NCBI GenBank assembly: GCA_963726745.1
Contig: CAVSDR010000003.1
Location: 448,001 to 512,000 of the forward strand
DNA length: 64,000 nucleotides
Reading direction: 5' to 3'
DNA from: an uncultured Verrucomicrobiae bacterium
GTDB taxonomy: Bacteria; Verrucomicrobiota; Verrucomicrobiia; Chthoniobacterales; UBA10450
In this document: one piece after another, positions 10,243-20,583 of the stretch
Numbering within the stretch: the stretch's first letter is position 1
Layout: each line of letters begins with the position of its first letter
Position numbers and translations under genes: made by a program
The notes under the pieces: model-generated
The model's database searches: none
The model's input: only the letters and a program-made list of their open reading frames with translations
Told to the model about the DNA's origin: nothing

Positions 10243-10578
10243 TTGGCCTTCCCACCGCAACACCCGCGTCGCTACTTGATCGTGACCACGGTGCTGAGCG
10301 CGCTCGCCGCCTTGGCCGGTGCAATGCCGGCGTTGATGTCGGTGATGATGTTCGACGCGCCCGGCTCGACCAGTAACCCGTGGACCATCTTGCTGTTTAT
10401 TTCCACGATCACCTTCCCGCTAAACTGCGTGGCCGCGATCGCGCTTTCCTGGCTGCTCTATCTGGTGAAATGGCCACGCCTGGCCTGCTGGCTGACGCTC
10501 CTGCCGCTGCTTAATCTCCTCCTTGGCGCGGTTGCGCTCGCCGGCCTCCAGTTGCTGCACGGCGGCCAGTTTTCCTAG
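10243..10578 (+). CDS. small membrane protein
   Basis: 111 aa, three hydrophobic segments, MMFDAPGS loop. Confidence 0.7.
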   Translation: MAFPPQHPRRYLIVTTVLSALAALAGAMPALMSVMMFDAPGSTSNPWTILLFISTITFPLNCVAAIALSWLLYLVKWPRLACWLTLLPLLNLLLGAVALAGLQLLHGGQFS

Positions 10579-10643
10579 ACGAGGTCGTTTCGTGACCGGG
10601 CAGACAGCCGTCGCGCTGGCGCTCACGATTCCAAAGCGTGCCC

Positions 10644-12050
10644 ATGATTTCCCCGCCACCGAGCGCGCGCCCCGCCGAGAAGGCGCTGGCTCGATTTGTC
10701 ACCTGGCGGCGGGTGCTGGCCGCAGGCGTGGTTTTGCTCCTGCTCGCGGCGGCAATCTTCCTCTTCCTCGCCCTCTTCTCCGCGCCCATTCTCGAGGCGG
10801 AGAAAATTCGCACGCTCATCGCCTCGCGGATTGGCCAGAAAGTCGAGGGCACCGCCGGCCTCCTTCCCTTCCGCGCCGGGCCGCTCTCCGTGGTCTCGCC
10901 GGGTCTGGTCGTGACCGCGGACCCGCCGCGCGCGCTCACCGAACTGCGTGCGTCGCACATCGCGGCGCGCGTGAGCTTGATTGAGCTTTGGCGTGGCAAA
11001 TGGCGCATCGACCGCCTGAACGCAGACCATCTCCAGGTGGCTTACGGGGCGGCGGCCGCGAAGACGATCGACCGCTCGGAGTTCCCCGCGCCGGAGATGG
11101 TGCCAGCGGCCACGAGCGAATCGCTCATGAGCGTGGACGTGCGCCAGGTGGCGATCGACCGCACCGACCTCACTTGGGCCGACCCGGAGAAGGACGGCGG
11201 GAAATTTCGCGACGTGCAGACGTTCTTCCGGCCGGACGGCAAGAACCTCGTGGTCGAGGGAAACGGCGGGACCTTTCGGCAGGCAAAATTCCCCGAGCTT
11301 GCGGTCGTGAGCTTCAAGCTCTTCTACGAAAAGCCCACGCTCCGGATCGACCAGAGCCGGCTGACGCTCGGCCACGGGAGCGCGGTGGAGGTGCGGGGGC
11401 AATTTCGCTTTGAGGACGAGGCCTCTCTCGATCTCGCGCTCACGCTCACACGCTGCCCCATCGGGCCGTTCCTCCAGAGCGAGTCCGCGCGGGATAAACT
11501 CGAGGGCACCTTCCACGGGGATGCCCACCTGCAAAAGCAAATGGGCGACGCGGCCTCGCTCCGCGCCGAGGGCAAACTCGCGATCGACCGGCTTTTGGTG
11601 AAAAACGTCCCGGCGCTCGCGAAGGCCGCGGCCTTCACCGGAAAGCGCGAGCTCGCGCCCTTGCGCGTGGATGAACTCAGCGGCGAGTATCGTTGGGAGG
11701 GCGGCGAGCTTTCAGTGCGCCATCTTCGCGCGGAAGCGCAGCACCTCCTCGCCGTGCGCGGCCAGTTCACCTTCGAGGCCGGGAAAATAGCCGGCACTTT
11801 CGACCTCGGCGTGGCGCCCGATATTGCCGCGAAATTCCCCGGCGCGCGCGAAGAGGTCTTCACCCGCGAAGAGGGCGGCTATCTCTGGACCGCCGTCAAG
11901 ATTTCCGGGCCGCTGGAGCATCCACAGGACGATCTCAAGCCGCGCCTGATGCAGGCGCTGCAAAAGCATTTCCTCGGCGGCCTGCTCGAGCCCCTCCTCA
12001 AGCCGGCGCAAGGCGCGCGCGAGATCATCGGGCTGCTCTTTCCGGAATAG
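10644..12050 (+). CDS. AsmA-like membrane-anchored beta-rich protein
   Basis: N-terminal TM, repeated beta-strands, C-terminal VKISGPLEHP..DL. Confidence 0.65.
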   Translation: MISPPPSARPAEKALARFVTWRRVLAAGVVLLLLAAAIFLFLALFSAPILEAEKIRTLIASRIGQKVEGTAGLLPFRAGPLSVVSPGLVVTADPPRALTELRASHIAARVSLIELWRGKWRIDRLNADHLQVAYGAAAAKTIDRSEFPAPEMVPAATSESLMSVDVRQVAIDRTDLTWADPEKDGGKFRDVQTFFRPDGKNLVVEGNGGTFRQAKFPELAVVSFKLFYEKPTLRIDQSRLTLGHGSAVEVRGQFRFEDEASLDLALTLTRCPIGPFLQSESARDKLEGTFHGDAHLQKQMGDAASLRAEGKLAIDRLLVKNVPALAKAAAFTGKRELAPLRVDELSGEYRWEGGELSVRHLRAEAQHLLAVRGQFTFEAGKIAGTFDLGVAPDIAAKFPGAREEVFTREEGGYLWTAVKISGPLEHPQDDLKPRLMQALQKHFLGGLLEPLLKPAQGAREIIGLLFPE

Positions 12051-12062
12051 CCGCCCGCCTGG

Positions 12063-12078
12063 AGGCACAGGCTCTGCT
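12063..12078 (+). promoter_or_regulatory. sigma54-like -24/-12 promoter
   Basis: AGGCACAGGCTCTGCT = GG-N10-GC, 13 nt upstream of ATG 12090. Confidence 0.45.
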
Positions 12079-12089
12079 TCCCAGCAGGC

Positions 12090-12269
12090 ATGACCGCGCT
12101 GCTTCTCCTTTCCCTGCCGCTGCTCTACCCGGCGATCCTCGGCGCCTTCCTCCTGCATCCAACCTTCCGCAAAGCGCGCGCCGGTCGCGCGCCGGAGAAA
12201 GCCGCGCCGCGCCTCGAGAAATCCAAGGTGGCGGCCCTCGACTTTGGCACGCTCGCGCCCACGCGCTAA
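12090..12269 (+). CDS. small single-TM protein (59 aa)
   Basis: Manual translation MTALLLLSLPLLYPAILGAFLLHPTFRKARAGRAPEKAAPRLEKSKVAALDFGTLAPTR; fills the gap between flanking genes. Confidence 0.55.
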   Translation: MTALLLLSLPLLYPAILGAFLLHPTFRKARAGRAPEKAAPRLEKSKVAALDFGTLAPTR

Positions 12270-12278
12270 ACTGCCGGC

Positions 12279-12686
12279 GTGTCCACGCCGCTGAGGATCG
12301 CAACCAAGTCGGTCCATTCGCCGATCGCGCCGGAGACCGATGGCCTGCGCATCCTGGCCACACGCCTGCGCGGCCGCGGCCTGCCGAAAACGCGCTACCA
12401 CATCTGGATGGCTAATCTCGGCCCGAGCGAGGAATTGCTCGCCGCGCTCCGCGCCGGCACGATCTCCTGGCGGGAATTTAGCCAGCGTTATCGCGCGGAA
12501 TTATTCGAGGATGGCGCGGTCGACGCGCGCAACCGCACAATCAAGAATCACGGGCAAAAGTTCACCCTCCGCCTGCTCCAGGAGCTGGCCCGAACGCAGC
12601 CGATGACGCTGCTCTGCCATTGCCCGGAAGCGGAAACGCACTGCCACCGGCACCTCCTGCGCGCGCTGCTCCTGCGCCCGATCTAA
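12279..12686 (+). CDS. DUF488 family protein
   Basis: DGLRILATR..RG, LGPSEEL, FSQRYRAEL and TLLCHC...HCHR motifs. Confidence 0.8.
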   Translation: MSTPLRIATKSVHSPIAPETDGLRILATRLRGRGLPKTRYHIWMANLGPSEELLAALRAGTISWREFSQRYRAELFEDGAVDARNRTIKNHGQKFTLRLLQELARTQPMTLLCHCPEAETHCHRHLLRALLLRPI

Positions 12687-12689
12687 ATC

Positions 12690-12726
12690 AAAAAGGCGCG
12701 CCAGCCGAAGCCAGCGCGCCCTTTTT
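12690..12726. terminator. bidirectional intrinsic terminator
   Basis: A5-GGCGCGC...GCGCGCC-C-T5 between convergent genes. Confidence 0.65.
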
Positions 12727-12747
12727 GCGAAAGCGAAGGATCGCTCG

Positions 12748-13242
12748 TTAGGAAACCGGCTTGATGCTCTTGACGATTTTGCCGACTTCTTCCTGGTGCT
12801 TCTTCTCGTCTTCCGAGGAGACCCAGTAGGTCAGGACCATGACCTTGTCCTTGAGCGGGACGAAAGTGATGCTGATGGAAGCAGGGCCATCCTCGTCCTT
12901 GCCCTGGAAGATCATCTCGGAGGCTTCGAGGCCGTTGATCTCGAACTTCTGTTCCTTCTTCGACTTTTCGTCGAGCTCGACCTTGTGCTCCTTGAGCATC
13001 GCGAAGGTGTCGTCGATCTCGGCGTTCATCCCCTTCTCGCTGCTCACCACCACCGCGGAAATGTAGACCGCGCCGTCCGCGCTCGTGCCGCCGATGCCGT
13101 TCTCGACGTCTTCCTGGTCCCAATCTTCCGGGAGCGTGATCGACGCCGCGGCCGAATCTTCGTCCGGCAGTTTGTAGGTTTTCGCGTCGGCCGAGACAAA
13201 AGCGGCCGTGAGGAGCAATACAGGAAGCAAGGACTTGAGCAT
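12748..13242 (-). CDS. secreted hypothetical protein
   Basis: Signal peptide MLKSLLPVLLLTAAFVSADA; PsbP-like alpha/beta composition. Confidence 0.75.
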   Translation of the reverse strand: MLKSLLPVLLLTAAFVSADAKTYKLPDEDSAAASITLPEDWDQEDVENGIGGTSADGAVYISAVVVSSEKGMNAEIDDTFAMLKEHKVELDEKSKKEQKFEINGLEASEMIFQGKDEDGPASISITFVPLKDKVMVLTYWVSSEDEKKHQEEVGKIVKSIKPVS

Positions 13243-13403
13243 GTGGATTGGTTGGTTGGTGAAGTTGGCCCGGTATCTACGTCGCGCCGGACGCAAGACA
13301 AGGAAGAATTGCGCCGGTTACCGGGAAAAATGTCCCTTTTGGCCGGCGCACTGCGCGTTGTTTAGAAAGGGCCGCTTTCCGCCCTTGCCACCCCATTCCT
13401 CCC

Positions 13404-15608
13404 ATGAAGACATTCCTCCTTCGCTTTGCTCTGCTGGCGCTGAGCGCGGCCACGCTTCTCGCCGCCACGCCTCCGCAACCTGCGGTCGTCCGCACCTCCA
13501 CCTGGGTGGGCGACGGCAGCACGAACTACAACAACGGCAACTGGAGCAGCTCCGCTCTCTGGAATCCCAGCACGGTCCCGAACAACGGCGGCGGCGATGT
13601 CTTCGATGTCACCATTCCCTGGGACCCGAACGGCCAGGTCTTCAACGGCCCCGAGGTCGACATCAATGTCACCATTCGCAACCTCACCCTGGTCAACCGC
13701 GTCTTTGTGGATTCGCAGGCGTTTCCCGGCACCAACCTCACGGTCACCGGCGCGACCGCCTTCACCGTTTCGCCCGATCGGCCGGGAGAATTTGCCGCCA
13801 TCTTCTGGCGTGGCGGCACGCTCCTCCTCGGCACCCTCATGAACTACGACGTCGCCACGCACACCTTCAACGACGCCTTCCTCCTCCCGCTCGGCGGTGC
13901 GACCATCGGCTTTCACAACGCCGACATCACGAAAAACAAAGGCACGATCATCATCCTCGGCGCGAGCTCGAAGCTGGTCGACCAGGACACAGGGCTGAAC
14001 GCCTTCCGCAACCTCGCGATCAACGAAGGCGGCTTGACCGTGGCCGATGGCTACAGCTTCACCACCGTGGGCGGATTGACCAACAATGGCGGGATCAGCG
14101 CCACCACCAGCAACGGCGCAACCTCGGTCTTCACGATCTCCGGCCCGCTGAGCAACTTCAACAGCACCACCAAAACCCTCACTGGCGGCTCCTACAACGC
14201 CGAAGTGACCGAGGTCCCCGGGACCGCGACCATCCGCTTCCCCGGCGCCGATATTCGCTTCCTCAATAACGCCAGCATCCGGGTCTTCGGCGCGGGCGCT
14301 TCCATCCAGGACCTCACGGGGTTGAACGCGCTGCGTAATCTCACCGGTCTGCAGGGCGGCAGCTTCAACAGCGGTGGACTGCTCACGATCACGCCCGCGG
14401 GCGGGACCTTTACGAACAATGGCACCTACCACACGATCGATTCCGGCGGCAACCTCACCATCGCCGGGGCCCACCACAGTGTCGACGCGACCACCGTGAT
14501 CGGGCCGCCGACCGACAGCGCCAACACCGTCCTGACGATCAACGGGCACTCCACGATCGAAGGCGGCGGCCTCGACTTCGGCGGCCAGCCGGGCGTGAAC
14601 ACGCAGTATCACAGCGAGCTCCATGTGATCAACGGGATCGAGTTCCGCGGCGCCTACCTCACGGGCACGGGCACGACTTTCGCCGATGTCGGCCTCATCC
14701 AGGGCTCGGTCTTCTCGCCCGGTCATTCGCCCGGCCAAATCAATCTCGTCGGGCAATTGACGGTCAGCTCCGATTCCACGCTCGAGTTCCAGCTCGCGGG
14801 CCACGACCCCGGGAGCGGCTACGACGTCCTCGTCCAGACCGGTCCGCAAAGCATTACCCTGGGCGGCCATCTCCACCTCTTCCTGCTCGACGGCTTCGAG
14901 ACGAGCATCAGCGGCACCGACACCTTTGAGATCGTCACCTCGGAGCATCCCATCCTGGGCGAGTTTGATAATGTGGCCAGCGGCGACCGCATCTCCACCG
15001 AAGACTCGTTAGGCAGCTTCATCGTCACCTACGCGGGCAACAATACCGTCACCTTGAGCGACTTTGTGCCCGCGCCCGTGCTCGAGAGCGCCGCCTCGCA
15101 AAAACTCCACGGCGGCCTCCCCTACAGCATTCCCCTTCCGCTTACGCCGCCCATCGGCGTGGAGGGCCGCAATAGCGGCGGGAGCCACCAAATCGTGTTC
15201 ACTTTTAACAACAATCTCGTCACCGGGAATGTCTCCCTGAGCGCGCCCAATGGCGGCACCGTCTCCGGCAGCCCCGTCTTCAACGGTGACACTATGACGG
15301 TCTACCTCACCGGCGTGGGCAACGCCCAGATCGTCACCCTCACGCTCACCGGAGTCACCGACGAAGCCGGCCAAATCCTCGCCGACACCGCCGTCAGCCT
15401 GGGCTTCCTCGTGGGCGACAGCAACGGTGACGGCATCGTCAATGGCGGCGACGCCATCCAGGTGCGCAACCGCGCCGGCGCCGTCGGGCCGCTCAACTTC
15501 CGCTCGGATGTGAACCTCGATAACCTCATCAATGCCGGCGATTCCATCGTCACGCGGAATGCCTCCGGCTCGACCATCTACCCACCCGCCACCAACAGCC
15601 GCCGATGA
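13404..15608 (+). CDS. secreted beta-helix-like protein with C-terminal dockerin-type domain
   Basis: Signal peptide; N/G/T-rich passenger-like region with FSPGHSPG; C-terminal GDSNGDGIVNGGD...RSDVNLDNLINAGD. Confidence 0.8.
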   Translation: MKTFLLRFALLALSAATLLAATPPQPAVVRTSTWVGDGSTNYNNGNWSSSALWNPSTVPNNGGGDVFDVTIPWDPNGQVFNGPEVDINVTIRNLTLVNRVFVDSQAFPGTNLTVTGATAFTVSPDRPGEFAAIFWRGGTLLLGTLMNYDVATHTFNDAFLLPLGGATIGFHNADITKNKGTIIILGASSKLVDQDTGLNAFRNLAINEGGLTVADGYSFTTVGGLTNNGGISATTSNGATSVFTISGPLSNFNSTTKTLTGGSYNAEVTEVPGTATIRFPGADIRFLNNASIRVFGAGASIQDLTGLNALRNLTGLQGGSFNSGGLLTITPAGGTFTNNGTYHTIDSGGNLTIAGAHHSVDATTVIGPPTDSANTVLTINGHSTIEGGGLDFGGQPGVNTQYHSELHVINGIEFRGAYLTGTGTTFADVGLIQGSVFSPGHSPGQINLVGQLTVSSDSTLEFQLAGHDPGSGYDVLVQTGPQSITLGGHLHLFLLDGFETSISGTDTFEIVTSEHPILGEFDNVASGDRISTEDSLGSFIVTYAGNNTVTLSDFVPAPVLESAASQKLHGGLPYSIPLPLTPPIGVEGRNSGGSHQIVFTFNNNLVTGNVSLSAPNGGTVSGSPVFNGDTMTVYLTGVGNAQIVTLTLTGVTDEAGQILADTAVSLGFLVGDSNGDGIVNGGDAIQVRNRAGAVGPLNFRSDVNLDNLINAGDSIVTRNASGSTIYPPATNSRR

Positions 15609-16675
15609 GCTTCCGGATCAGTCGCTCCCTCAGTCAGGAAGAGCAGGACGCGCGTCCCTTCGTTCACCTCGAGGGCAGCGCGCCGGCTTCCGCGAGCGGG
15701 GCCGGTGAGGCACTCGAGCACTCCCGCCAGCCCGGCAACGCCAGTCTCGCCGCCGGTAATCCCGAGGCCCGCGAGCAGGCGCAACGCTTCCCGCGCGCGT
15801 GCATCGTCGAGCGCCACGAACGCATCGAAACCCGCGGAGACCAGCGGCCAGGCCACCTCGGAAACGCGGCCGCAATTTAGCCCGGCCATGATCGAGCGGT
15901 GCGGGCCAGGCACGGTCACGATCTCGCCCGCCTCGGCGGCCGCGAGCGCACACGCCGCCGTCAATGGCTCCACGCTCAGGAGCTGCGGGCGGTTGGCCCG
16001 GCCGGGCGCGCGGTAATGCCGCGCCACCGCGGCCGCGAGCGCGCCCACGCCGAATTGCACCGCCACCAAATCCGGCCCGCGTTCCCCGCGGCGCGCCAGC
16101 TCGTCGTCTATTTCCCAGAGGATCGTCGAGTAACCTTCCGCAACCCAGCGGGGCACCTCGGTGTAGCCCGGCCACGACGTGTCGGAAATCACCAGGCAAC
16201 GCGCGCTCGCCTCCTCGGCCGCGCGCGCGACCGCGTCGTCGTAGCTTCCGTCGACGATCGTCACCTCCGCGCCTTCGCCCGCGATCGCCTCGATCCGCGC
16301 GCGCGCCGTCCCTGCAGGCACAAAGATGTGCGCGCTCAATCCCAGCTGCGCCGCCCGGTGGGCCACCGCGCGGCCGTGATTCCCATCCGTCGCGGTCGCA
16401 AGCTTCTCCGGCCGGACCGCGCTCGCGCGCAAGGCCCGCTCGATCGCCCAGCTCGCGCCCAGGATCTTGAAAGCCGGCAGGCCCAGCCGGCTCGACTCGT
16501 CTTTCAAGAGCACCTGCCCCACCCCGAGCACCCGCGCCAGTTCCGGCAGCTCGCGCAGCGGCGTGGGCGCGTAGCCTTCCAGCCCGCGGTGGAACTCCAG
16601 CGCGGCGCGCGTGGGCGCGGCCTCCGGCGGAAGCGCGCGCTTCCTCTCGTTAGGCAAAAAACGCGCCGGCTCCAT
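15578..16675 (-). CDS. diaminopropionate ammonia-lyase family PLP enzyme
   Basis: YAPTPL, KDESSRLGLPAFKILG, TATDGNHGR, SIMAGLNCG and TEGATDP motifs. Confidence 0.88.
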   Translation of the reverse strand: MEPARFLPNERKRALPPEAAPTRAALEFHRGLEGYAPTPLRELPELARVLGVGQVLLKDESSRLGLPAFKILGASWAIERALRASAVRPEKLATATDGNHGRAVAHRAAQLGLSAHIFVPAGTARARIEAIAGEGAEVTIVDGSYDDAVARAAEEASARCLVISDTSWPGYTEVPRWVAEGYSTILWEIDDELARRGERGPDLVAVQFGVGALAAAVARHYRAPGRANRPQLLSVEPLTAACALAAAEAGEIVTVPGPHRSIMAGLNCGRVSEVAWPLVSAGFDAFVALDDARAREALRLLAGLGITGGETGVAGLAGVLECLTGPARGSRRAALEVNEGTRVLLFLTEGATDPEAHRRLLVAGG

Positions 16676-16764
16676 CTTGCTGACTAATCGCACGCGCGCG
16701 TCCATCTTGCCGTCTACCGGGCGCACGGAACCTCGGGCCCCCGCGCGCACGAACCCATCCTGGC

Positions 16765-17940
16765 ATGACTACGCTCTTCGTCTTCGCGCTTGCGCTCTTC
16801 GCCACCATCCTCGTCTCCGCGCTGGCCGATCGCACCGTCCTCTCGGTCGCGGTTCTCTTTCTCCTCGCCGGCTTTCTTGCCGGCCCAGGCGTGCTCGGTT
16901 TCATCGGCAACAATCCCTCCGAGCCGATGGTGCAAAGCATCGCCATGTTTGCCCTTTGCAGCGTCCTTTTTACCGACGGGATGCGTGCCGGGATCGACGA
17001 TCTCCGCCGCGCCTGGCGCCTCCCGGGGCGCGCGCTCCTCCTGGGCCTGCCGCTCACGCTCCTCGCCACCGCCGGCCTCGGCTACCTGCTGGCCGGTTTG
17101 TCCTGGATGGTCGCGCTCCTCGTGGGCGCGATCCTTTCGCCCACCGATCCGGTTTTCGCGTCCGCGATCGTCGGCCGCAAGGACGTGCCCGAGCGCCTCC
17201 GCTTCCTGCTCAATGTCGAGAGCGGAGTGAACGATGGGCTCGCCCTCCCGATCGTGGTCGTGCTCCTGTCGATCATCGGGCACCAGGAGTTTTCCTTCCC
17301 GGAGCTCGGCGGCGAGTTGCTCCTTGGCGTTGCCATTGGCGTGATGCTCCCGCTGCTCGCCTGCTGGCTCGAGCGCCGGCGGATCTTCGAAGTCTCAAAG
17401 ACTTACGAGGCGCTGTTTGTTCTCTCGATCGGCCTCCTGGTCCTGACCCTGGCCCATCTCACCCACGGCAACGTCTACCTCGCGACCTTCGCCGCCGGCG
17501 TCACCATCGCGAGCGTGCGCCCCGACCTGCGCGATCACTTCCACGAGTTCGGCGAGCTCATCGCGGAACTCCTGAAGCTCGGCGCCTTGCTCCTCTTCGG
17601 GGCCATGATCACGCCTTCCTACTTCATCGGCATCGGCCTGGGCGGCTTTGTCTTCGCGGTCCTCGCGCTCATCCTCGCCCGCCCGGCGGGGCTCCTGCTT
17701 TCGCTCATCGGCAGCCAGCTCGACTGGCGGGAGCGCGTGACCGCCGCCTGGTTTGGGCCGAAAGGTTTCGCCTCCGTGATTTACGCCCTGCTCCTCTTTC
17801 AATATTACGTGCCCGATGCCGAGCGCGTCTTCCATCTCATCGCGGTCGTCATCACCGGCTCGATGATCGCGCATGCCTCCACCGATGTGCTCGTGGCCCG
17901 CTGGTTCGTTCGCGCGCGCGAGCGCGAGGCCGCTGCCTAA
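16765..17940 (+). CDS. cation:proton antiporter (CPA1/NhaP-like)
   Basis: LSPTDPV, VESGVNDG and WFGPKGFAS motifs; many TM segments. Confidence 0.9.
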   Translation: MTTLFVFALALFATILVSALADRTVLSVAVLFLLAGFLAGPGVLGFIGNNPSEPMVQSIAMFALCSVLFTDGMRAGIDDLRRAWRLPGRALLLGLPLTLLATAGLGYLLAGLSWMVALLVGAILSPTDPVFASAIVGRKDVPERLRFLLNVESGVNDGLALPIVVVLLSIIGHQEFSFPELGGELLLGVAIGVMLPLLACWLERRRIFEVSKTYEALFVLSIGLLVLTLAHLTHGNVYLATFAAGVTIASVRPDLRDHFHEFGELIAELLKLGALLLFGAMITPSYFIGIGLGGFVFAVLALILARPAGLLLSLIGSQLDWRERVTAAWFGPKGFASVIYALLLFQYYVPDAERVFHLIAVVITGSMIAHASTDVLVARWFVRAREREAAA

Positions 17941-17951
17941 CGAGTCGCTGT

Positions 17952-18336
17952 CTATTTGACGTCGAGATCAAAAAAGACGCGCACATGGAAGCGTCCTTTT
18001 GGCGACGTCATCGGCGGCGGCGACTACGTTTTGCACGCTCGCGCCCACGGCGCGCACGGAGGCGTCAATCGCCGGGTAGCCCGAGGACTTTGCGATCCGG
18101 AAGCGGCGCACGCGTCCGTCGCGCTCGATCTCCACATCCACCGGCACCGAGACGCGTCCCGGCGGCGCGGAGACATCCCGCGGCTGGACCCATTCGCGGT
18201 AGAAGCGCTGGTGTAGGCGATGGCTATATTCGCTGTCCGCTTTGGTCTCGTAAGGGCTGGAACGGCGCCCGCTCGCGCATCCGGCGCAGAGAAAGAACGC
18301 TGCCAGCAGGGGGAGCCATCGGCTGCTTTTAGGCAT
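17952..18336 (-). CDS. lipoprotein with TonB/TolA C-terminal-like domain, likely frameshifted near 18024
   Basis: Lipobox LCAGC; VEIERDGRV...SSGYPAIDASVRA; shifted frame gives PPPMTSPKGRFHVRVFFDLDVK then stop. Confidence 0.65.
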
Positions 18337-18394
18337 GACTTACCTATGGACGACAACGCCGCGGCATGCCAACCATCCTTTGTCCCGTCCCGAC

Positions 18395-18835
18395 ATGCCC
18401 GACGCTTTCTCCTTCGATTATCACCTCGCGCTGACCAACCTCGCGCGCCTGCTCGCGGCTTTCGCCCTCGCCTTTCCGCTCGCCTGGGAGCGTTTGCAAT
18501 CCGATCGCAATCTCGGTCTGCGCACCTTCCCCATCGTGGCCGTGGCCAGCTGCGCCTACATGCTCATCGCGGTGAACATCGCCGGCGACGACAAGGAAGC
18601 GCTCATGCGCGGGCTTCAAGGCTTACTCGGCGGGATGGGCTTCATCGGCGGCGGGGCGATCTTAAAGGATCACGGGAACGTCCGCGGCCTGGCCACGGCG
18701 GCCAGTCTTTGGAGTACCGGGGCGATCGGCGCCGCGGTGGCCTTCCGTCGCCTGGAAATAGCCGTCCTTTTGGCGGTGGCGAACTTCGTTCTCCTGCGCG
18801 GTCTCAAACCGCTTAAGGATCGCGCCAGCGACTAG
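18395..18835 (+). CDS. MgtC/SapB family protein
   Basis: GLRTF, GMGFIGGGAIL and GLATAASLW motifs. Confidence 0.9.
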   Translation: MPDAFSFDYHLALTNLARLLAAFALAFPLAWERLQSDRNLGLRTFPIVAVASCAYMLIAVNIAGDDKEALMRGLQGLLGGMGFIGGGAILKDHGNVRGLATAASLWSTGAIGAAVAFRRLEIAVLLAVANFVLLRGLKPLKDRASD

Positions 18836-18838
18836 GCT

Positions 18839-19544
18839 TTAGCCGAGGATCGGAACTTTCCGGAGCGTGCCGGTTTCCAGCGCCTCATACTGCGGCGCGG
18901 CCTTTGCCTCCTCGCGCGTGATTGTGAGGTAGGCGGTCGATTTTTCAGAGCTGAGCTCGCGCACTTGCGCTGGGGTCAACAGCACTTTCTTGCCTGGCCA
19001 CCAATCGCGCGTGTCCACAATCAGGGAAGCAACCGACCAATCGCGATCGTCGACTAACAAGTCCTCGACGTGACCGATGCCGCCATCCGTCGCCTCCACG
19101 GAATAGCCAGCAAGTTCACTCGCACTGCGCAGGTGCTGATTACGCATCGGTTCCGGGGAGTTCGGCCGTTTCCGGCGGTAACGGAAGGTCGGCATGCAGC
19201 CCAATCCACGGCGAGAGACTACCCCAGTAAGGATCAAGCGCGTAGTAATCGTGATAGGAGATTTCCTGCTGCTGCGAGACCGGTTGCTGCGTGGTCACTT
19301 CGGGTGCGTCGCGCACCTTATCCTTCGTTAGGTCCACTGCGAGCGCTTGCTGCTCGTCGCTGACCGCGCCGAGCGAGGCCGGCGGAATCAGAACCTCGCG
19401 CCCGAAGAGCCAGGCTCCGGTATTTACCACCACGTAGCGCAGGACCCACTCCCTCGAGTCGAGGTAAATATCGCGCACCTTGCCGATGTCGCCATCGCGA
19501 GCTGCGAGCGCGTAACCTTTCAGTGAGTTAACTGTGTGGAGCAT
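18839..19544 (-). CDS. tandem PRC-barrel protein, frameshifted around 19140-19230
   Basis: Two ORFs, each with (A)xDGxIGxVxD...W...YxVVxTGxW...VL PRC-barrel patterns. Confidence 0.8.
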
Positions 19545-19646
19545 AAGAGCGTTGGCCGGAGTCTTGTTGGTCTGAGAAAATTAAGTTCTGGGGGGACCGC
19601 AGGTGATGACCGCCAAAGCAGTCACCACCTGCGTCGGGGGAATGCG

Positions 19647-20477
19647 TTACTTCTTCGCGGTCTGGTATTCCGCGGGTTGATGCCAGAAAGGTTCCACTCC
19701 GTAGTAGGTGTAAGTGGTCATGTTCCAGTTCTGGTCGTTAAACTCGGGCCACTTTTTGCCGTCAAAATGCGCGGCCTGGTCGAGCTTCATCTTATCGGTG
19801 TTAAGCACAAAGCCTTGCGTGTCTTTCTTGCTCTGGCGGATCAGATTCCATGGCACCGCGGTCAGCTTGTCGCCATCGGCCACGAAGCTGTCTTCCAGCG
19901 AAAGGATGCCATAGGCGACCTTGCCGGAGTTCGGGTGCATGAGCACGTCCTTAATCTCGCCGATAGCGGTCGCGTCTTGATTAAACAAATCCGCGCCGTT
20001 CACCTGGCTCAAGCGCACGAGCTTCTTTCCTTTGTGCGCGGTCAGGCCGTAGGACTCGTAATTCTTGTGGAACCAGCTATCGCCAAAGTCCGGCATGCTA
20101 TCCTTGCCGAATTGTTCGCTGCTGGTGAGCTTTGACTTCTCCACTTCCACCACAAAGCCGGGCGAATCGCTCTTACTCTGGTGGATCAAGTTCCACGGCA
20201 CGGCACTGAGTTTGTCGCCGATCCCGAGCCAGCCGCCGACGGAGACAATGCCATGCGTCATCCCACCGGTATTCTCGTCGAAGAGAATGTCCTGGATTTC
20301 ACCGATGTGCTCGCCTTTTTGATTAAATAACTTCGCGCCCATGATCTCGCTGCCCCGGATTAACTTACCCGAGAGCTTCTTTCCGTTGGACGCGGTTGTT
20401 GTGCTCTGCGCGAAGGCCACGCTGGTGCTGAACAACGCCGCCACGCAGAAGGTTGCTATCGTTTGTAGTCTTCTCAT
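19647..20477 (-). CDS. secreted tandem PRC-barrel protein
   Basis: Signal peptide; two repeats GAxLFNQ...IGEIxD...GDKLxAVPWNLI. Confidence 0.85.
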   Translation of the reverse strand: MRRLQTIATFCVAALFSTSVAFAQSTTTASNGKKLSGKLIRGSEIMGAKLFNQKGEHIGEIQDILFDENTGGMTHGIVSVGGWLGIGDKLSAVPWNLIHQSKSDSPGFVVEVEKSKLTSSEQFGKDSMPDFGDSWFHKNYESYGLTAHKGKKLVRLSQVNGADLFNQDATAIGEIKDVLMHPNSGKVAYGILSLEDSFVADGDKLTAVPWNLIRQSKKDTQGFVLNTDKMKLDQAAHFDGKKWPEFNDQNWNMTTYTYYGVEPFWHQPAEYQTAKK

Positions 20478-20583
20478 CCGGCAAGCTAGGAAGCGGGAGT
20501 GAAGCGAAGGTTGCGGGAGGATTACAAACCGGAAAGGCACGGTGCATTTGCCCTTCATGCTTCCCGCCCGTTGATTACTTTTC

